64,000 nucleotides of DNA, from the NCBI GenBank assembly GCA_000002435.2, contig CM018793.1, one strand, 5' to 3'. The notes under the pieces were generated by a model, which was given only the letters and a program-made list of their open reading frames with translations, did not search any database and had not been told where the DNA came from. The stretch comes from Giardia intestinalis. Taxonomy: Eukaryota. The translations under genes and the position numbers were made by a program. This document shows, piece after piece, positions 1 to 9,505 of this stretch. Each line of letters starts with the position of its first letter. The first letter of the stretch is position 1.

Positions 1-5
1 CGCTA

Positions 6-2789
6 GTGCACAGAAATTGTACTTTGGAGGACGGTTTAACGATTGACAATTCCACGTTGTGTGATAACGTCTTTATTGGGGCCGGAAGCAAAATCATTGA
101 CACTCTGATCAACTCACAGACGACAATTGGGAAGAACTGCGTGCTTCGCCGTTGTTATGTGGGGTCCAATGTTCATATTGAAGATGGAATATCCCTTCCG
201 TGCGGCTCCATGGTGGGTAACGGAGTTACACTTAATTCAGAAATCCTCTATCAGGCCATCAAGATGACGTTCCAGGCATACTTTCATTGCAATTTCCAGG
301 CATATCTCTCCTTTATCATACGGTATTTCCTTTACTTAGATGATCGGATAGAGAATGCCCTTGAAACTGCCGGGTTCACCTTGGGTTCTCCTCTTCCGTG
401 CTTTCATGCAACCAAGGCTACAGAAGCAGATCAACCCGAGTCTGACATGGACGAAGCTACTTGTGAAACAGTTGGAAAGCTCCTTTTGCCTGATCATATA
501 GAAAAGCTCAAGTTGTTACAAAGCCACCAGGATACAATCTGTCGATTCTTTAAGAACGAAATCTCAACTCTTCCTTCCACAATCATTGTACGCTTCATCC
601 CGCCCATCTTTCTGACGGCCACCCGCCCGTCACTCAGTGTTTTAAGAGAGTATCAGGCAAACTCAACATCGCAATATATGCCAGAAAGCAATCTTCAAGG
701 CATTTCTCCGGAGTTCAAAACTATAAATATTTGTAGGTCCATTCCTCGACAAGGGTCCGTGCCTACTCTAGCTGCTGCCTCTGCAGATCAGTCTTCACAT
801 CTTCTGCCGCCAAAGCACGTCTCTGTCTACTCTCGTGCCTCCACTAAGATGTCACTAGAGGAGGAGGAAAAGAATACTTTCCTCGCCGACATGATCAGCG
901 GGACTGTACCCATAACAGAGTTAGCATGGCCTGGTGTGACCCAGACCACCTTGAACCCGCTTCCAAATACGAGTAAGTATGACGAGTTCTTTCAATCCTT
1001 GGTGAGCTGCGCAAGCAATGAGATGCTGCAAAGGCCAACAGAAGATGATGCTTCATCTGTCTTACTTTTCAATCAGACTGACTTGGATGCCCAGATTGAC
1101 GTCGCAGATTTCAATAATGTGGAAACTAGTGAGGAAAGCGAGCAGAGTGAAGTCTTTACCAATATTGGAAGCTCAGCTGATGCACATCACGAGATCCCAG
1201 GTGGCCAAAAAAGTAATAAAATATCGCCTAGAAACATATATTCCGCTCCCAGACACTCTGAGACTATCTCTTACAATTCTTCGCAACACAGAGCAGACTA
1301 TTCCATGTGTAGCATACACGGGTCTGAGAGTGAGTCATCAAGGCACGCCCATGCTCCCACTGCATCGAAGCTATCTCTCTATACACTGCCTTACTACATT
1401 ATCCGATCACTGAACGACACCGAGAAGATCCGTGACCCGAGACAGTCAATGCGCGCAAGCTTTGTTGGAGATGTGCTGCTAGAAAAGCTTCCTGATGGGT
1501 ACCCTGGCTTGTTAACTACATCCTTGAAGTATCTAATGTTCAGTGGCTTCGTATTTAAGTCATCTTTCTATGCCTTCTTCGATTGTCGTAAGATGTCGTA
1601 CATGACTCTCATGGGAATGGACTCTCTTCCGGCCAGCATGTGCCGCCCGCTGCCATACATTCGTCATATAGCATCTCTCAAAGATATCCCTCCGCATAAG
1701 CTGTCTGCATTCGATATTGACAAGGACATATTAGACGCGTGCAAGCAAGAGAAGCAACTAACTGACATAGTGGGAGACGAGGCGCGGAAGCAGCGCAGCT
1801 TGGCGCAGTTCAAAGAGACAGTGCGGGACCTACTAGTGGATGCATTTGCAGCGCTACTAAATACATCCAAGCCCGGTCACTCCAAATCCAAGAGTTTCAC
1901 AGGTACCTCAGAAGACAACAGCTTGATAGAGGTAGATGACGAGAGGATGAATCTTAGTGCCACATTGTCCAGCATCCAGATGAGAGGCCTTAACAGGGCA
2001 GATGGAGGGTGTGGGCATGCTGACATTTCAGGCACGATTCTCAACAAGCTTGTGACCGATTTCCGGACCGCCGTCAAAGCAGCAGAAGACTGTAAGCTTA
2101 ACACAAATCTCCAGGGAGCAGCTGCAATATTTGCGCACTTCATCTATCTCTACGTGTTCCTGGGTCCAGACCTGTTCAAGAGGCTAGACCCACGCGAGGA
2201 CAACCACATTCCTTCTAAATACATTATCGAGCAAAAGCACATTGTGAGCTTGCCGGAGAGCGAGTCATGCTCTTCCAAACTGTATATGGATCCCGATCAA
2301 GGATGTGATGATGTCCTATCCATTCCACCACTCAGGACTGCACTCGCCAACTTCTCGTGCATTTGCAAGTTTTTCTTTAGCGAGGGATTCAGTAACTCCA
2401 TATTCTGGTCTGACTATGACGAAGATGATGGGGAAGAAGAGTTTGTTTTGAAGCTCATCGAGTTCATAGTCCTGTTTTTCAACAAGACTATAGTTCACGA
2501 GGAAATATCCACTATCTTGGTGGAGCTCTTCACTGTATTGCACGAAAGCGGGGGCATCAGCATACAAACGTTAATGAAGTGCAAGGGTATCCTCAGTACC
2601 TCTGACGATGAGATAGATATCGTTCTACACGACTGCGTATTTGTCCAGTTGGAGAAGCTGCATGAAGATGAGCTCCCTGGAAGTGGACAGCGAGACTCTG
2701 AAGCAGATGACCCAGCCGCCTTTGCGAAAAACGAGACGTCTGAGAGCTATGAGTATGAGTACTATGAAGAGGAGGAGGAGCAGTACTAG
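6..2789 (+). CDS. 5'-truncated ORF continuing upstream of the window. N-terminal hexapeptide (left-handed beta-helix) repeats and an acidic/aromatic C-terminal tail; possibly eIF2B-epsilon-like, otherwise hypothetical
   Basis: The frame is open to the window edge and the first codon is GTG, with no upstream stop. Hexapeptide-like repeats (IGAGSKIIDTLI..IGKNCVLRRCYVGSNVHIEDGISL) are followed by a long linker. The C-terminus (SESYEYEYYEEEEEQY) resembles W2-domain AA-boxes. The stop TAG at 2787-2789 overlaps the stop of the convergent gene. Confidence 0.55.
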   Translation: MHRNCTLEDGLTIDNSTLCDNVFIGAGSKIIDTLINSQTTIGKNCVLRRCYVGSNVHIEDGISLPCGSMVGNGVTLNSEILYQAIKMTFQAYFHCNFQAYLSFIIRYFLYLDDRIENALETAGFTLGSPLPCFHATKATEADQPESDMDEATCETVGKLLLPDHIEKLKLLQSHQDTICRFFKNEISTLPSTIIVRFIPPIFLTATRPSLSVLREYQANSTSQYMPESNLQGISPEFKTINICRSIPRQGSVPTLAAASADQSSHLLPPKHVSVYSRASTKMSLEEEEKNTFLADMISGTVPITELAWPGVTQTTLNPLPNTSKYDEFFQSLVSCASNEMLQRPTEDDASSVLLFNQTDLDAQIDVADFNNVETSEESEQSEVFTNIGSSADAHHEIPGGQKSNKISPRNIYSAPRHSETISYNSSQHRADYSMCSIHGSESESSRHAHAPTASKLSLYTLPYYIIRSLNDTEKIRDPRQSMRASFVGDVLLEKLPDGYPGLLTTSLKYLMFSGFVFKSSFYAFFDCRKMSYMTLMGMDSLPASMCRPLPYIRHIASLKDIPPHKLSAFDIDKDILDACKQEKQLTDIVGDEARKQRSLAQFKETVRDLLVDAFAALLNTSKPGHSKSKSFTGTSEDNSLIEVDDERMNLSATLSSIQMRGLNRADGGCGHADISGTILNKLVTDFRTAVKAAEDCKLNTNLQGAAAIFAHFIYLYVFLGPDLFKRLDPREDNHIPSKYIIEQKHIVSLPESESCSSKLYMDPDQGCDDVLSIPPLRTALANFSCICKFFFSEGFSNSIFWSDYDEDDGEEEFVLKLIEFIVLFFNKTIVHEEISTILVELFTVLHESGGISIQTLMKCKGILSTSDDEIDIVLHDCVFVQLEKLHEDELPGSGQRDSEADDPAAFAKNETSESYEYEYYEEEEEQY

Positions 2790-3715
2790 AAGGCATGATA
2801 CGCTTGTAAATTATGGGACAAGTTTTCTATGCATGCGGCTATGGTGGTACTTGCAGTGGTGGACAGAATGTGCCTGTCGGTGCACAGTGCGACCGCCTGG
2901 TCCCGGGTGTATGTGTGCGCAAAGTCTACCAAGAAGACACTAGGCAATGCGTTGTGTGAAGCGTGGTTGTCTATCTGACCCTGGTGGGTGCTAGAAATCA
3001 AGAGACTCGGACCGCACATGTGGAGACACTCTCCCAAGAGAGACGCAGACAGAGCCTGTAGACGCGCAACAAGTTGGCCGAGACTGCGTCTGTCTGGAAA
3101 GAGGGTGCATAGATGCGCCAAGATATCGTCATAGGAGCATGCTCTACCCTCCGTTTTGGTGAGCAGCACGGACTCTGTCGTCGAAGTCCTGCTTTTCACC
3201 GGCAAAACGGCACCCATCAGGCGCACGCCATGCGTAGACGTTGTGGTATCTCTGGCCTTCGCTTCCTGCGATTGAATCTTGCTCTGCTGTGCACCTAGCG
3301 GAAACGTAATAAATCCCAACTTTAGATCCATAAAATAAATCTTGGATTGGGTATCATTACTATTATGTAAATTCTTTAACGCAGTGAAAATAGGTTCATG
3401 ACAATTAAAGGTGCGACACTTTGTAGCCGTCGCTAGCAGAGATTCGAGGACTCCAAAATCGACACTGCAGAGGTCCCCAGATAGGTCCATAATAAGATCG
3501 AGGGCGTCCTCCTTACACTTATATATTCCAACCAGGCTAGGCACAAACGAAAGCAGCTGAGAGTGAGCCATAGCGAGCTGGCGATAAATTCGAAGTTCTT
3601 GCATAGACGACGCTTTGAAGAATAAGCTTCCATCGGTGGAGATAAGATATACGTTCCTGAAAAGATTCACATGCAAATTGGAAAGCCTATAACTTGCTTT
3701 TGGTGGGGATGCCAT
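2786..3715 (-). CDS. inositol polyphosphate kinase (IPK/IPMK-IP6K family)-like protein
   Basis: 309-aa ORF with an ATG start. It carries a D-x-K-x-G motif (FMDLKLGF), an SLL motif (PSLLISSTH) and a C-terminal (L/I)DFAH motif (LVDFAHT), which are characteristic of the IPK family. Confidence 0.6.
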   Translation of the reverse strand: MASPPKASYRLSNLHVNLFRNVYLISTDGSLFFKASSMQELRIYRQLAMAHSQLLSFVPSLVGIYKCKEDALDLIMDLSGDLCSVDFGVLESLLATATKCRTFNCHEPIFTALKNLHNSNDTQSKIYFMDLKLGFITFPLGAQQSKIQSQEAKARDTTTSTHGVRLMGAVLPVKSRTSTTESVLLTKTEGRACSYDDILAHLCTLFPDRRSLGQLVARLQALSASLLGECLHMCGPSLLISSTHQGQIDNHASHNALPSVFLVDFAHTYTRDQAVALCTDRHILSTTASTTIAACIENLSHNLQAYHAF

Positions 3716-3733
3716 CTGTTCTTTTAAAAATCC
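3716..3733. promoter_or_regulatory. 18-nt AT-rich bidirectional initiator region between divergent ATGs (IPK-like gene and LRR membrane protein gene)
   Basis: CAT-ctgttcttttaaaaatcc-ATG; both start codons verified. Confidence 0.5.
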
Positions 3734-6085
3734 ATGCTGGTGTTCTTAGCTGCTCTATGCACAACTCTTCTGGCTGCAGACAAAGAAATAAGTGCATGCC
3801 TTTACGAGTTCTATCTTTCTACAAGCGGTCCAAATTGGTATTCGTCTGAGGGCTGGAACGTCTTAGCAGACGAGAGCGGAGATTACTGTCTTGCCTACGG
3901 AGTTGAGTGCGAAATCGACAACGAACTTGTGAGCATATCTATGCCAATGAACAATCTTGTGGGGGAGCTTCCGGCCTGCTTTGCAACTCTTCATACTCTA
4001 AAAGAGCTTTCTCTCCAATCAAACTATGTGAGCGGATCCATGAAGAACTTGCCACCTAATCTTGTGAAGCTTTCATTAAGCATGACATCATTTACAGATA
4101 TAACGTCCGACATATGCACTCTCTCGAGTCTGACCACTTTCAGCATGTCCTACTGTGAGCTCACCAACGTGGTGCTGCCCTTATGTCTATATAATGTGCC
4201 ATCTATATCCATTATGAACTCTGGAGTCCGTCTTCCGGAGGAGCTCACATCTTTGGACATTGAAGTTGGCCGTAAAGGACTCAACATTCCAGGCACTGAC
4301 GCCTCTAGACTTATATTCAATATCCCTGCCGATGAGATACGCGGCCTCAGTACGCTGGACCTTTCTGGGACAGGCGTATCTGGGAGCTTTAATCTGAGCC
4401 AGCTCATCTTTGCATTCCCCAGGGTCCAAGACCTCTACTTGGGGGGAAACAATCTTACAGGGTGGATTGACTTTTCAACCTTTTCAAAACCAATCCCGGC
4501 TTCTGTCCTTCGTACGTCCACAATCAATCTAGGGTCGAATAGTTTCAAGGGAATCTTAAACGGTATTGCAGAGGTGTCCGTTCTGCTAGAATCCTTCTGG
4601 TCTGACTTGTATGGCATCGATCTATCGAACAACAGCATCATTGGGGTCTCCCCTACCTCCGAGGAGCTCCAACTTCTTCTTCGCAAACACAAGGACTTCT
4701 ACGTTCTAAATCTGGAAAACAATACGTTTCTGTGTTCAGAAGAGCGTACCAGTCTATTTGATTGTATAGATCTCCAAATAACCAACATCACGGCACACAC
4801 GGCTCCTGTATGCCCCGCGATGAACGGTACCAGCACCAGCCCACTTAAACTTGATACTAAGGTGCAGATTGACATGCTACTTCCGGGAGAAGTCCCAAAG
4901 GATTTAGCAACAGAATTTGTCGCCAATCTGGGCCTTTTGCTTGTACCGTCTGAGGACTCAGCTGCTTCTGAAGTAGTATCTCTAACATTACTAGACACAT
5001 CTTATGATAAGACACAGGATAACACCCTACTTATCACAGTAACCTCCACCTCTTTAAAAGACGTCGACACAAGGGAGACGCCACAGTTTAAGCTGGTTTG
5101 GCCAAACATGAACCTGACACTCAAAATAAGGTTGCAATCTCCGGATGAGCCTGTTGTCGAGACTCATCAGGTAAGCACTGTGTCTGGGAAAGACAACACC
5201 ACATCGACAATGACATTAGACGTTTATGGAATGTCTCGTTGCCCTTACTTTTCACAGATTATGGTGAACGAGATCCAATACCTGATAGACACATATCCCA
5301 TGGCCACTAAGATATTAAAAATTCGCTACGTGCCACTGTCCAAGCCGTCTATATATACTTTGAGCGGAGGATACTCATCTCACGGGGCCGCAGAGGTCAC
5401 TGGGGACTATTACTTTCTCTGTTTACAAAACTATACCGGTCTCAATGCAACCATCATGCGCGACTATTATCTTTGTATGTATGGTGCTAAAGCCTCTGTC
5501 TCAGGGGTTCCTTACAACATAACACGATGCAACGCGAAGGTCTTGCGGCAGCAATACAATTTTACCGACACTGACATCAAGAGTGTGACAGATTGTTCGC
5601 AGTCTCGTGCAAATACGCTAATTAACGAAAGCTTCTCACATGTATTGGCAAACAAAGTGGGATTCTCGCCGACTTTATTCCTTAACAATGAGCTATTTTG
5701 CTTAGGTGGTGTAAAGTGTCTCTATGACGACTCATCCTACGATCTGGAGACTCGCGTGGCCAACCTCGTCGACGTGGCTTGTTCTATTTATCAAGAAAAG
5801 TATGGAGAATACCCCAATTGTACCCAGAAACTTGCCGCAGCTTCACAGTGCCCACTAGACAAGATAATAGTCGGATCAACGTGTGTCCTGCAGAAGTCAA
5901 TTGTAATAACTGTCAGCGTGTGCTGTGTGACGCTCCTGTTGCTGCTTGTTATGTCTCTAATACTTTATAGTATCATTAAGGAGAGGCGGGCTAAAAACAA
6001 GTCTCACCGAGGGGTTCACAACGACAAAATAGACGCGCTTCTAATTGATAATAATGGGTCGGTCAGCGACCCGGACTTAATATAA
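3734..6085 (+). CDS. type I membrane protein with N-terminal signal peptide, leucine-rich repeats and Cys-containing ectodomain, single C-terminal TM helix
   Basis: 783-aa ORF starting MLVFLAALCTTLLAADKE (signal-like). LRR-like segments (LKELSLQSNYVSGSMKNLPPNLVKLSLSMTSF..). Hydrophobic stretch IVITVSVCCVTLLLLLVMSLILYSII followed by a basic tail. ATG preceded by ttttaaaaatcc. Confidence 0.7.
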   Translation: MLVFLAALCTTLLAADKEISACLYEFYLSTSGPNWYSSEGWNVLADESGDYCLAYGVECEIDNELVSISMPMNNLVGELPACFATLHTLKELSLQSNYVSGSMKNLPPNLVKLSLSMTSFTDITSDICTLSSLTTFSMSYCELTNVVLPLCLYNVPSISIMNSGVRLPEELTSLDIEVGRKGLNIPGTDASRLIFNIPADEIRGLSTLDLSGTGVSGSFNLSQLIFAFPRVQDLYLGGNNLTGWIDFSTFSKPIPASVLRTSTINLGSNSFKGILNGIAEVSVLLESFWSDLYGIDLSNNSIIGVSPTSEELQLLLRKHKDFYVLNLENNTFLCSEERTSLFDCIDLQITNITAHTAPVCPAMNGTSTSPLKLDTKVQIDMLLPGEVPKDLATEFVANLGLLLVPSEDSAASEVVSLTLLDTSYDKTQDNTLLITVTSTSLKDVDTRETPQFKLVWPNMNLTLKIRLQSPDEPVVETHQVSTVSGKDNTTSTMTLDVYGMSRCPYFSQIMVNEIQYLIDTYPMATKILKIRYVPLSKPSIYTLSGGYSSHGAAEVTGDYYFLCLQNYTGLNATIMRDYYLCMYGAKASVSGVPYNITRCNAKVLRQQYNFTDTDIKSVTDCSQSRANTLINESFSHVLANKVGFSPTLFLNNELFCLGGVKCLYDDSSYDLETRVANLVDVACSIYQEKYGEYPNCTQKLAAASQCPLDKIIVGSTCVLQKSIVITVSVCCVTLLLLLVMSLILYSIIKERRAKNKSHRGVHNDKIDALLIDNNGSVSDPDLI

Positions 6086-6087
6086 AA

Positions 6088-8316
6088 ATGACGCTGGACC
6101 CACCCTCTACTAATCCTGTTCCCCCCACAGATTCTGCCGCTCTTCCAGACGAGAAGGCTGTTATCGAGGAGCCTGGTAGTAAACGATGTGGAAGGGACAG
6201 TACGCCTATCAATCCCAAAGCAAGTAGAATAGCTAATTATTACAGACGGATACTTTCCGCCACCGACATGGAGCTGTACCTTGAATACTTTGTCAGGCCG
6301 TTGCCAACTACCTTCAGAGTTTCTGCAGCCCATAAGCCGCGGACATTTCAGCCTCGCTATTCAGATCAGTTTGGTATCCTTTTTCATCGCTTTGCTACGG
6401 AAGAACAAGACACGTCAGAACTAGGTTCCAAGCAGCAAGAGCTCATGATTCAGAAGCTCCCCTGGATTCCTGGAGGGTGGATGTTCACGGCTGATAGGCG
6501 CGTTATCCGCCTGTCTGAGCAGTACAAGCGACTGCATAGTTTCATAAACTTACAGCACGAAGCTGGGTTCATTGTGCGCCAGGAGGCCGTGTCAATGATA
6601 CCCCCCATCTTTCTGCAGGCACATGCTGGGGAGGCTGTCCTTGATGTGTGCGCCGCACCGGGCAGTAAGACGCTCCAACTGTTGGAAGATGTCGGACCCA
6701 CAGGGCTCCTTATGGCCAATGATGCTGATCTTAAGCGATGTTATGTGCTTGTTCATAACACCATCACCGTGTCTATGCCCTCCCTTGTTATCACTAACTG
6801 TGACGCAAGCCGCTATCCTTCGCTGCCAGGAGGAATGCTTTTCGACAAAATCTTAGCTGACGTTCCGTGTAGCGGCGATGGGACTCTCCGCAAGGCTCCC
6901 GATATTTGGCCTCGGTGGTCTCCGCACGGCGGGCTCAGTCTCCATCCTCTTCAGCTGCGCATCCTTCTCAGATCTCTACAACTCCTCAAGGTAGGGGGGA
7001 CACTTGTGTATAGCACGTGCAGCTTGAACCCCATTGAGAACGAGGCAGTCGTGGCGTCTGCTCTTCAAATCTGTCAGGGGTCATTGGAGGTTTTGGATGC
7101 TTCCCACATTGCTCCATCTCTCATTCGATCTCCTGGGCTCACAACATGGCCTGTTGTGGATCCGGCCACCGATGACGTTATAGACTCTGTTTCAGCCGCA
7201 CACCCCACTTCCCGGGGGAACATATACCAAACCATGTTCCCCTATGCTCTCTTTGGGCCTAGCGAGAACGCCTTTGAAATGCACGCAAGTCTCCAACTGG
7301 CGAATCTGAGGGCTTGTGACAAGCAGTTCTCTGCTGAGAGAGTGTCACCTCTACCACATGACATTCAGGCCCAGCTCACGAGAACAATGAGGTTTTATCC
7401 GTGGCTCCAGGACACAGGAGGCTTTTATGTAGCTTTGCTGAAGCTCGCAAAGCCTTTGCCGTCATCAGAATCTAGCGCCATCTTAGCAGAATTGATCAGC
7501 TCTGCTGCCTCCTTTGAAAAGAGTCAACTGGAGCTTTTCAATGCTGACGCGTGTCCACGTCCTCCAAGGGGCATTCCTCCGCCAATGTGGCAGGATCTTC
7601 CCATGCAGCCATTAAAGGATCTAGAGATCGTCGAGTCAGTTAAAAAAGAGTACGACCTCCCCGAAGACTTCATCGGGTCATACGTTCTTGCACAACGTCA
7701 ACCCGAAGGGGCGTCACGAATTATAATGATTAGCGAGAAGGTTGCGAACATCTTTCTTACTGGCAATGCCAGCAACTACCAGACAATCTTTAAGGTTGTT
7801 ATAGCTGGGTGTGGATGCTTCCAGAAGCAGACGGGGAATGACAAGTTCCGTGCTACAGATGGCACCCACATATGGCGAATTCCGCAGTCAAGTGCCCCAT
7901 TTCTTCTGAGTAACGCACAATCTTGCAAGCGAGCTCTTCCACCCGTTCCCCACGACATCTTTATGGCGCTCCTATCAAGCGGCCTGGACAGCGGGGAAAC
8001 CAACGACCAAACAGTCCTGTTCACAGAGCTGAGCAAAATAAACCCAGAGTATGTGCAGCGCGTCACTGATTTGAAAATGCTCGGTCAATGCATACTTTCC
8101 ATCGACTGCACAGAGACAGACTGTGGTGCAATACAGATGCTAGAGGGCATGCTTTTTTCGGGGTGGCTTGGGGCCCATAGTCTCGGTTTACATGTTCAAA
8201 GAAGGCAGCGTGCCGCTCTGTACGAGATGATAAGTGCTGTTAATATTAAGCCTGGACCCTCTCGATCCACTAGACAAAAGGCGGCCAGAAAAGAACGTAG
8301 GGAGCAAAAGGAGTAA
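6088..8316 (+). CDS. NOL1/NOP2/Sun-family RNA (cytosine-C5)-methyltransferase, NSUN2/Trm4-like
   Basis: 742-aa ORF with an AdoMet-binding motif (LDVCAAPGSKT), motif IV (DVPCSGDGTLRK) and the catalytic motif VI cysteine (STCSLNPIENE). ATG in taatataaaaATG, 2 nt after the upstream stop. Confidence 0.85.
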   Translation: MTLDPPSTNPVPPTDSAALPDEKAVIEEPGSKRCGRDSTPINPKASRIANYYRRILSATDMELYLEYFVRPLPTTFRVSAAHKPRTFQPRYSDQFGILFHRFATEEQDTSELGSKQQELMIQKLPWIPGGWMFTADRRVIRLSEQYKRLHSFINLQHEAGFIVRQEAVSMIPPIFLQAHAGEAVLDVCAAPGSKTLQLLEDVGPTGLLMANDADLKRCYVLVHNTITVSMPSLVITNCDASRYPSLPGGMLFDKILADVPCSGDGTLRKAPDIWPRWSPHGGLSLHPLQLRILLRSLQLLKVGGTLVYSTCSLNPIENEAVVASALQICQGSLEVLDASHIAPSLIRSPGLTTWPVVDPATDDVIDSVSAAHPTSRGNIYQTMFPYALFGPSENAFEMHASLQLANLRACDKQFSAERVSPLPHDIQAQLTRTMRFYPWLQDTGGFYVALLKLAKPLPSSESSAILAELISSAASFEKSQLELFNADACPRPPRGIPPPMWQDLPMQPLKDLEIVESVKKEYDLPEDFIGSYVLAQRQPEGASRIIMISEKVANIFLTGNASNYQTIFKVVIAGCGCFQKQTGNDKFRATDGTHIWRIPQSSAPFLLSNAQSCKRALPPVPHDIFMALLSSGLDSGETNDQTVLFTELSKINPEYVQRVTDLKMLGQCILSIDCTETDCGAIQMLEGMLFSGWLGAHSLGLHVQRRQRAALYEMISAVNIKPGPSRSTRQKAARKERREQKE

Positions 8317-8368
8317 GGAGTGAGGAATAAGTAAGGTAGGGTTTTGTTTTATGTCAAGGGTCACGCAC

Positions 8369-9448
8369 CTATTTAAATCCCACAAACAGGGCGTCTATTT
8401 CTTCCTGAGTCCCAGGTATCTCTGCCAGGCCCAGCTCGGCCGCATCGCTCCCTAGATTCTCGTAGTCGATCTCGTCCTCTTCAAAGTTACCATTCTCATC
8501 TAGATAGTCTTCATAATTGGCGGTGTCGGCAGGGTCTGTGAGCTTAGGGACAATGGGGGCCTTCACGACTTTTTTCTCAAACCAAGACCAATTGACCCCT
8601 GAGAAGAATGCGTGCTTCATAATGTCTGCCGTGCCGTTGTTTATAGATGCCCCCAATCTCCTTGTTTTGTCAGGGTTGAGTAAGCGGATAATCAGGTCCT
8701 TCGCTGCCTTGTCAAACCCACTTGCAAAAGTTATCTTTCCCCCAAGGATCTTCTTACAGGTCATATCAGGATTGTCATCGAAGAAGGGCGGAGACCCTGT
8801 TAGCATCTCATATATGAGGACGCCGAAGGCCCACCAATCTGCAGACATATCGTGCCCGGTCGATCGGATAATTTCGGGGGCCAAGTATTCTGGGGTGCCC
8901 ACGATACTGAAAGTAAGTTGGGACACCGTATCCCCGTCTGCATTCTTCTCGACCAGGCGCTTAGCAAACCCCAGATCAGCAAGCTTTATATGGCCTGTGT
9001 TGTCAACGAGGACGTTCTCTAGCTTCAGATCACGATAGGCGATGCCCAGATTATGTAAATACCCCAATGCCAGGAGGATCTCGACGGCAAAGAACTTAAC
9101 AACTTGGAGTGGAAATTTGTTATATCTGCGTAGGTGATAGAAAAGCTCGCCGCCCTGGATGAAGTCCAGGATGATGTATACATTCTTGTCGTCCTGATAG
9201 GTTCCATACTGCCTAATGATAAACGGAGACCTCACGACACGCAAGATACTACACTCGTTGTTAATGTGAGCAACCTGCCGAAGGGCAATAATCTTCCGCT
9301 TGGACATTGCCTTCACGGCGTAGTACTTTCCTGTGTCAATGTGCTGTGCAAGAGTGACCCTGCCGAAGGATCCCGAACCAATATTCTTTATATGCCTGAG
9401 ATCCTTGTAAGATAGCTCTGGATACGCTTCTACTTGAATATCTTCCAT
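8369..9448 (-). CDS. AGC-family Ser/Thr protein kinase, cAMP-dependent protein kinase catalytic-subunit-like
   Basis: 359 aa with a complete kinase core: GSGSFGRV, YAVKAM, YRDLKLENVL, DLGFAK (DLG variant of DFG), GTPEYLAPE, DWWAFGVLIYEML, and a C-terminal FxxF-type tail (FVGFK). ATG start verified. Confidence 0.85.
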   Translation of the reverse strand: MEDIQVEAYPELSYKDLRHIKNIGSGSFGRVTLAQHIDTGKYYAVKAMSKRKIIALRQVAHINNECSILRVVRSPFIIRQYGTYQDDKNVYIILDFIQGGELFYHLRRYNKFPLQVVKFFAVEILLALGYLHNLGIAYRDLKLENVLVDNTGHIKLADLGFAKRLVEKNADGDTVSQLTFSIVGTPEYLAPEIIRSTGHDMSADWWAFGVLIYEMLTGSPPFFDDNPDMTCKKILGGKITFASGFDKAAKDLIIRLLNPDKTRRLGASINNGTADIMKHAFFSGVNWSWFEKKVVKAPIVPKLTDPADTANYEDYLDENGNFEEDEIDYENLGSDAAELGLAEIPGTQEEIDALFVGFK

Positions 9449-9505
9449 GAGCAGAGTAGAAAGCTTTTTAAATTATTTCTAGTAAAGCTCTGTGCGGGGA
9501 TTGAT

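Noticed and set aside
1018-2567. Several 60-130 aa ORFs nested in or antisense to the first large ORF (1018..1413, 1664..1870, 1877..2143, 2316..2567)
   Set aside because: All lie within a single 927-codon open frame. They are short, compositionally biased and have no start context.
8517-9038. 173-aa plus-strand ORF inside and opposite to the PKA-like kinase gene
   Set aside because: Antisense to a gene with a complete set of kinase motifs; Ser/Pro-rich low-complexity translation typical of a spurious frame
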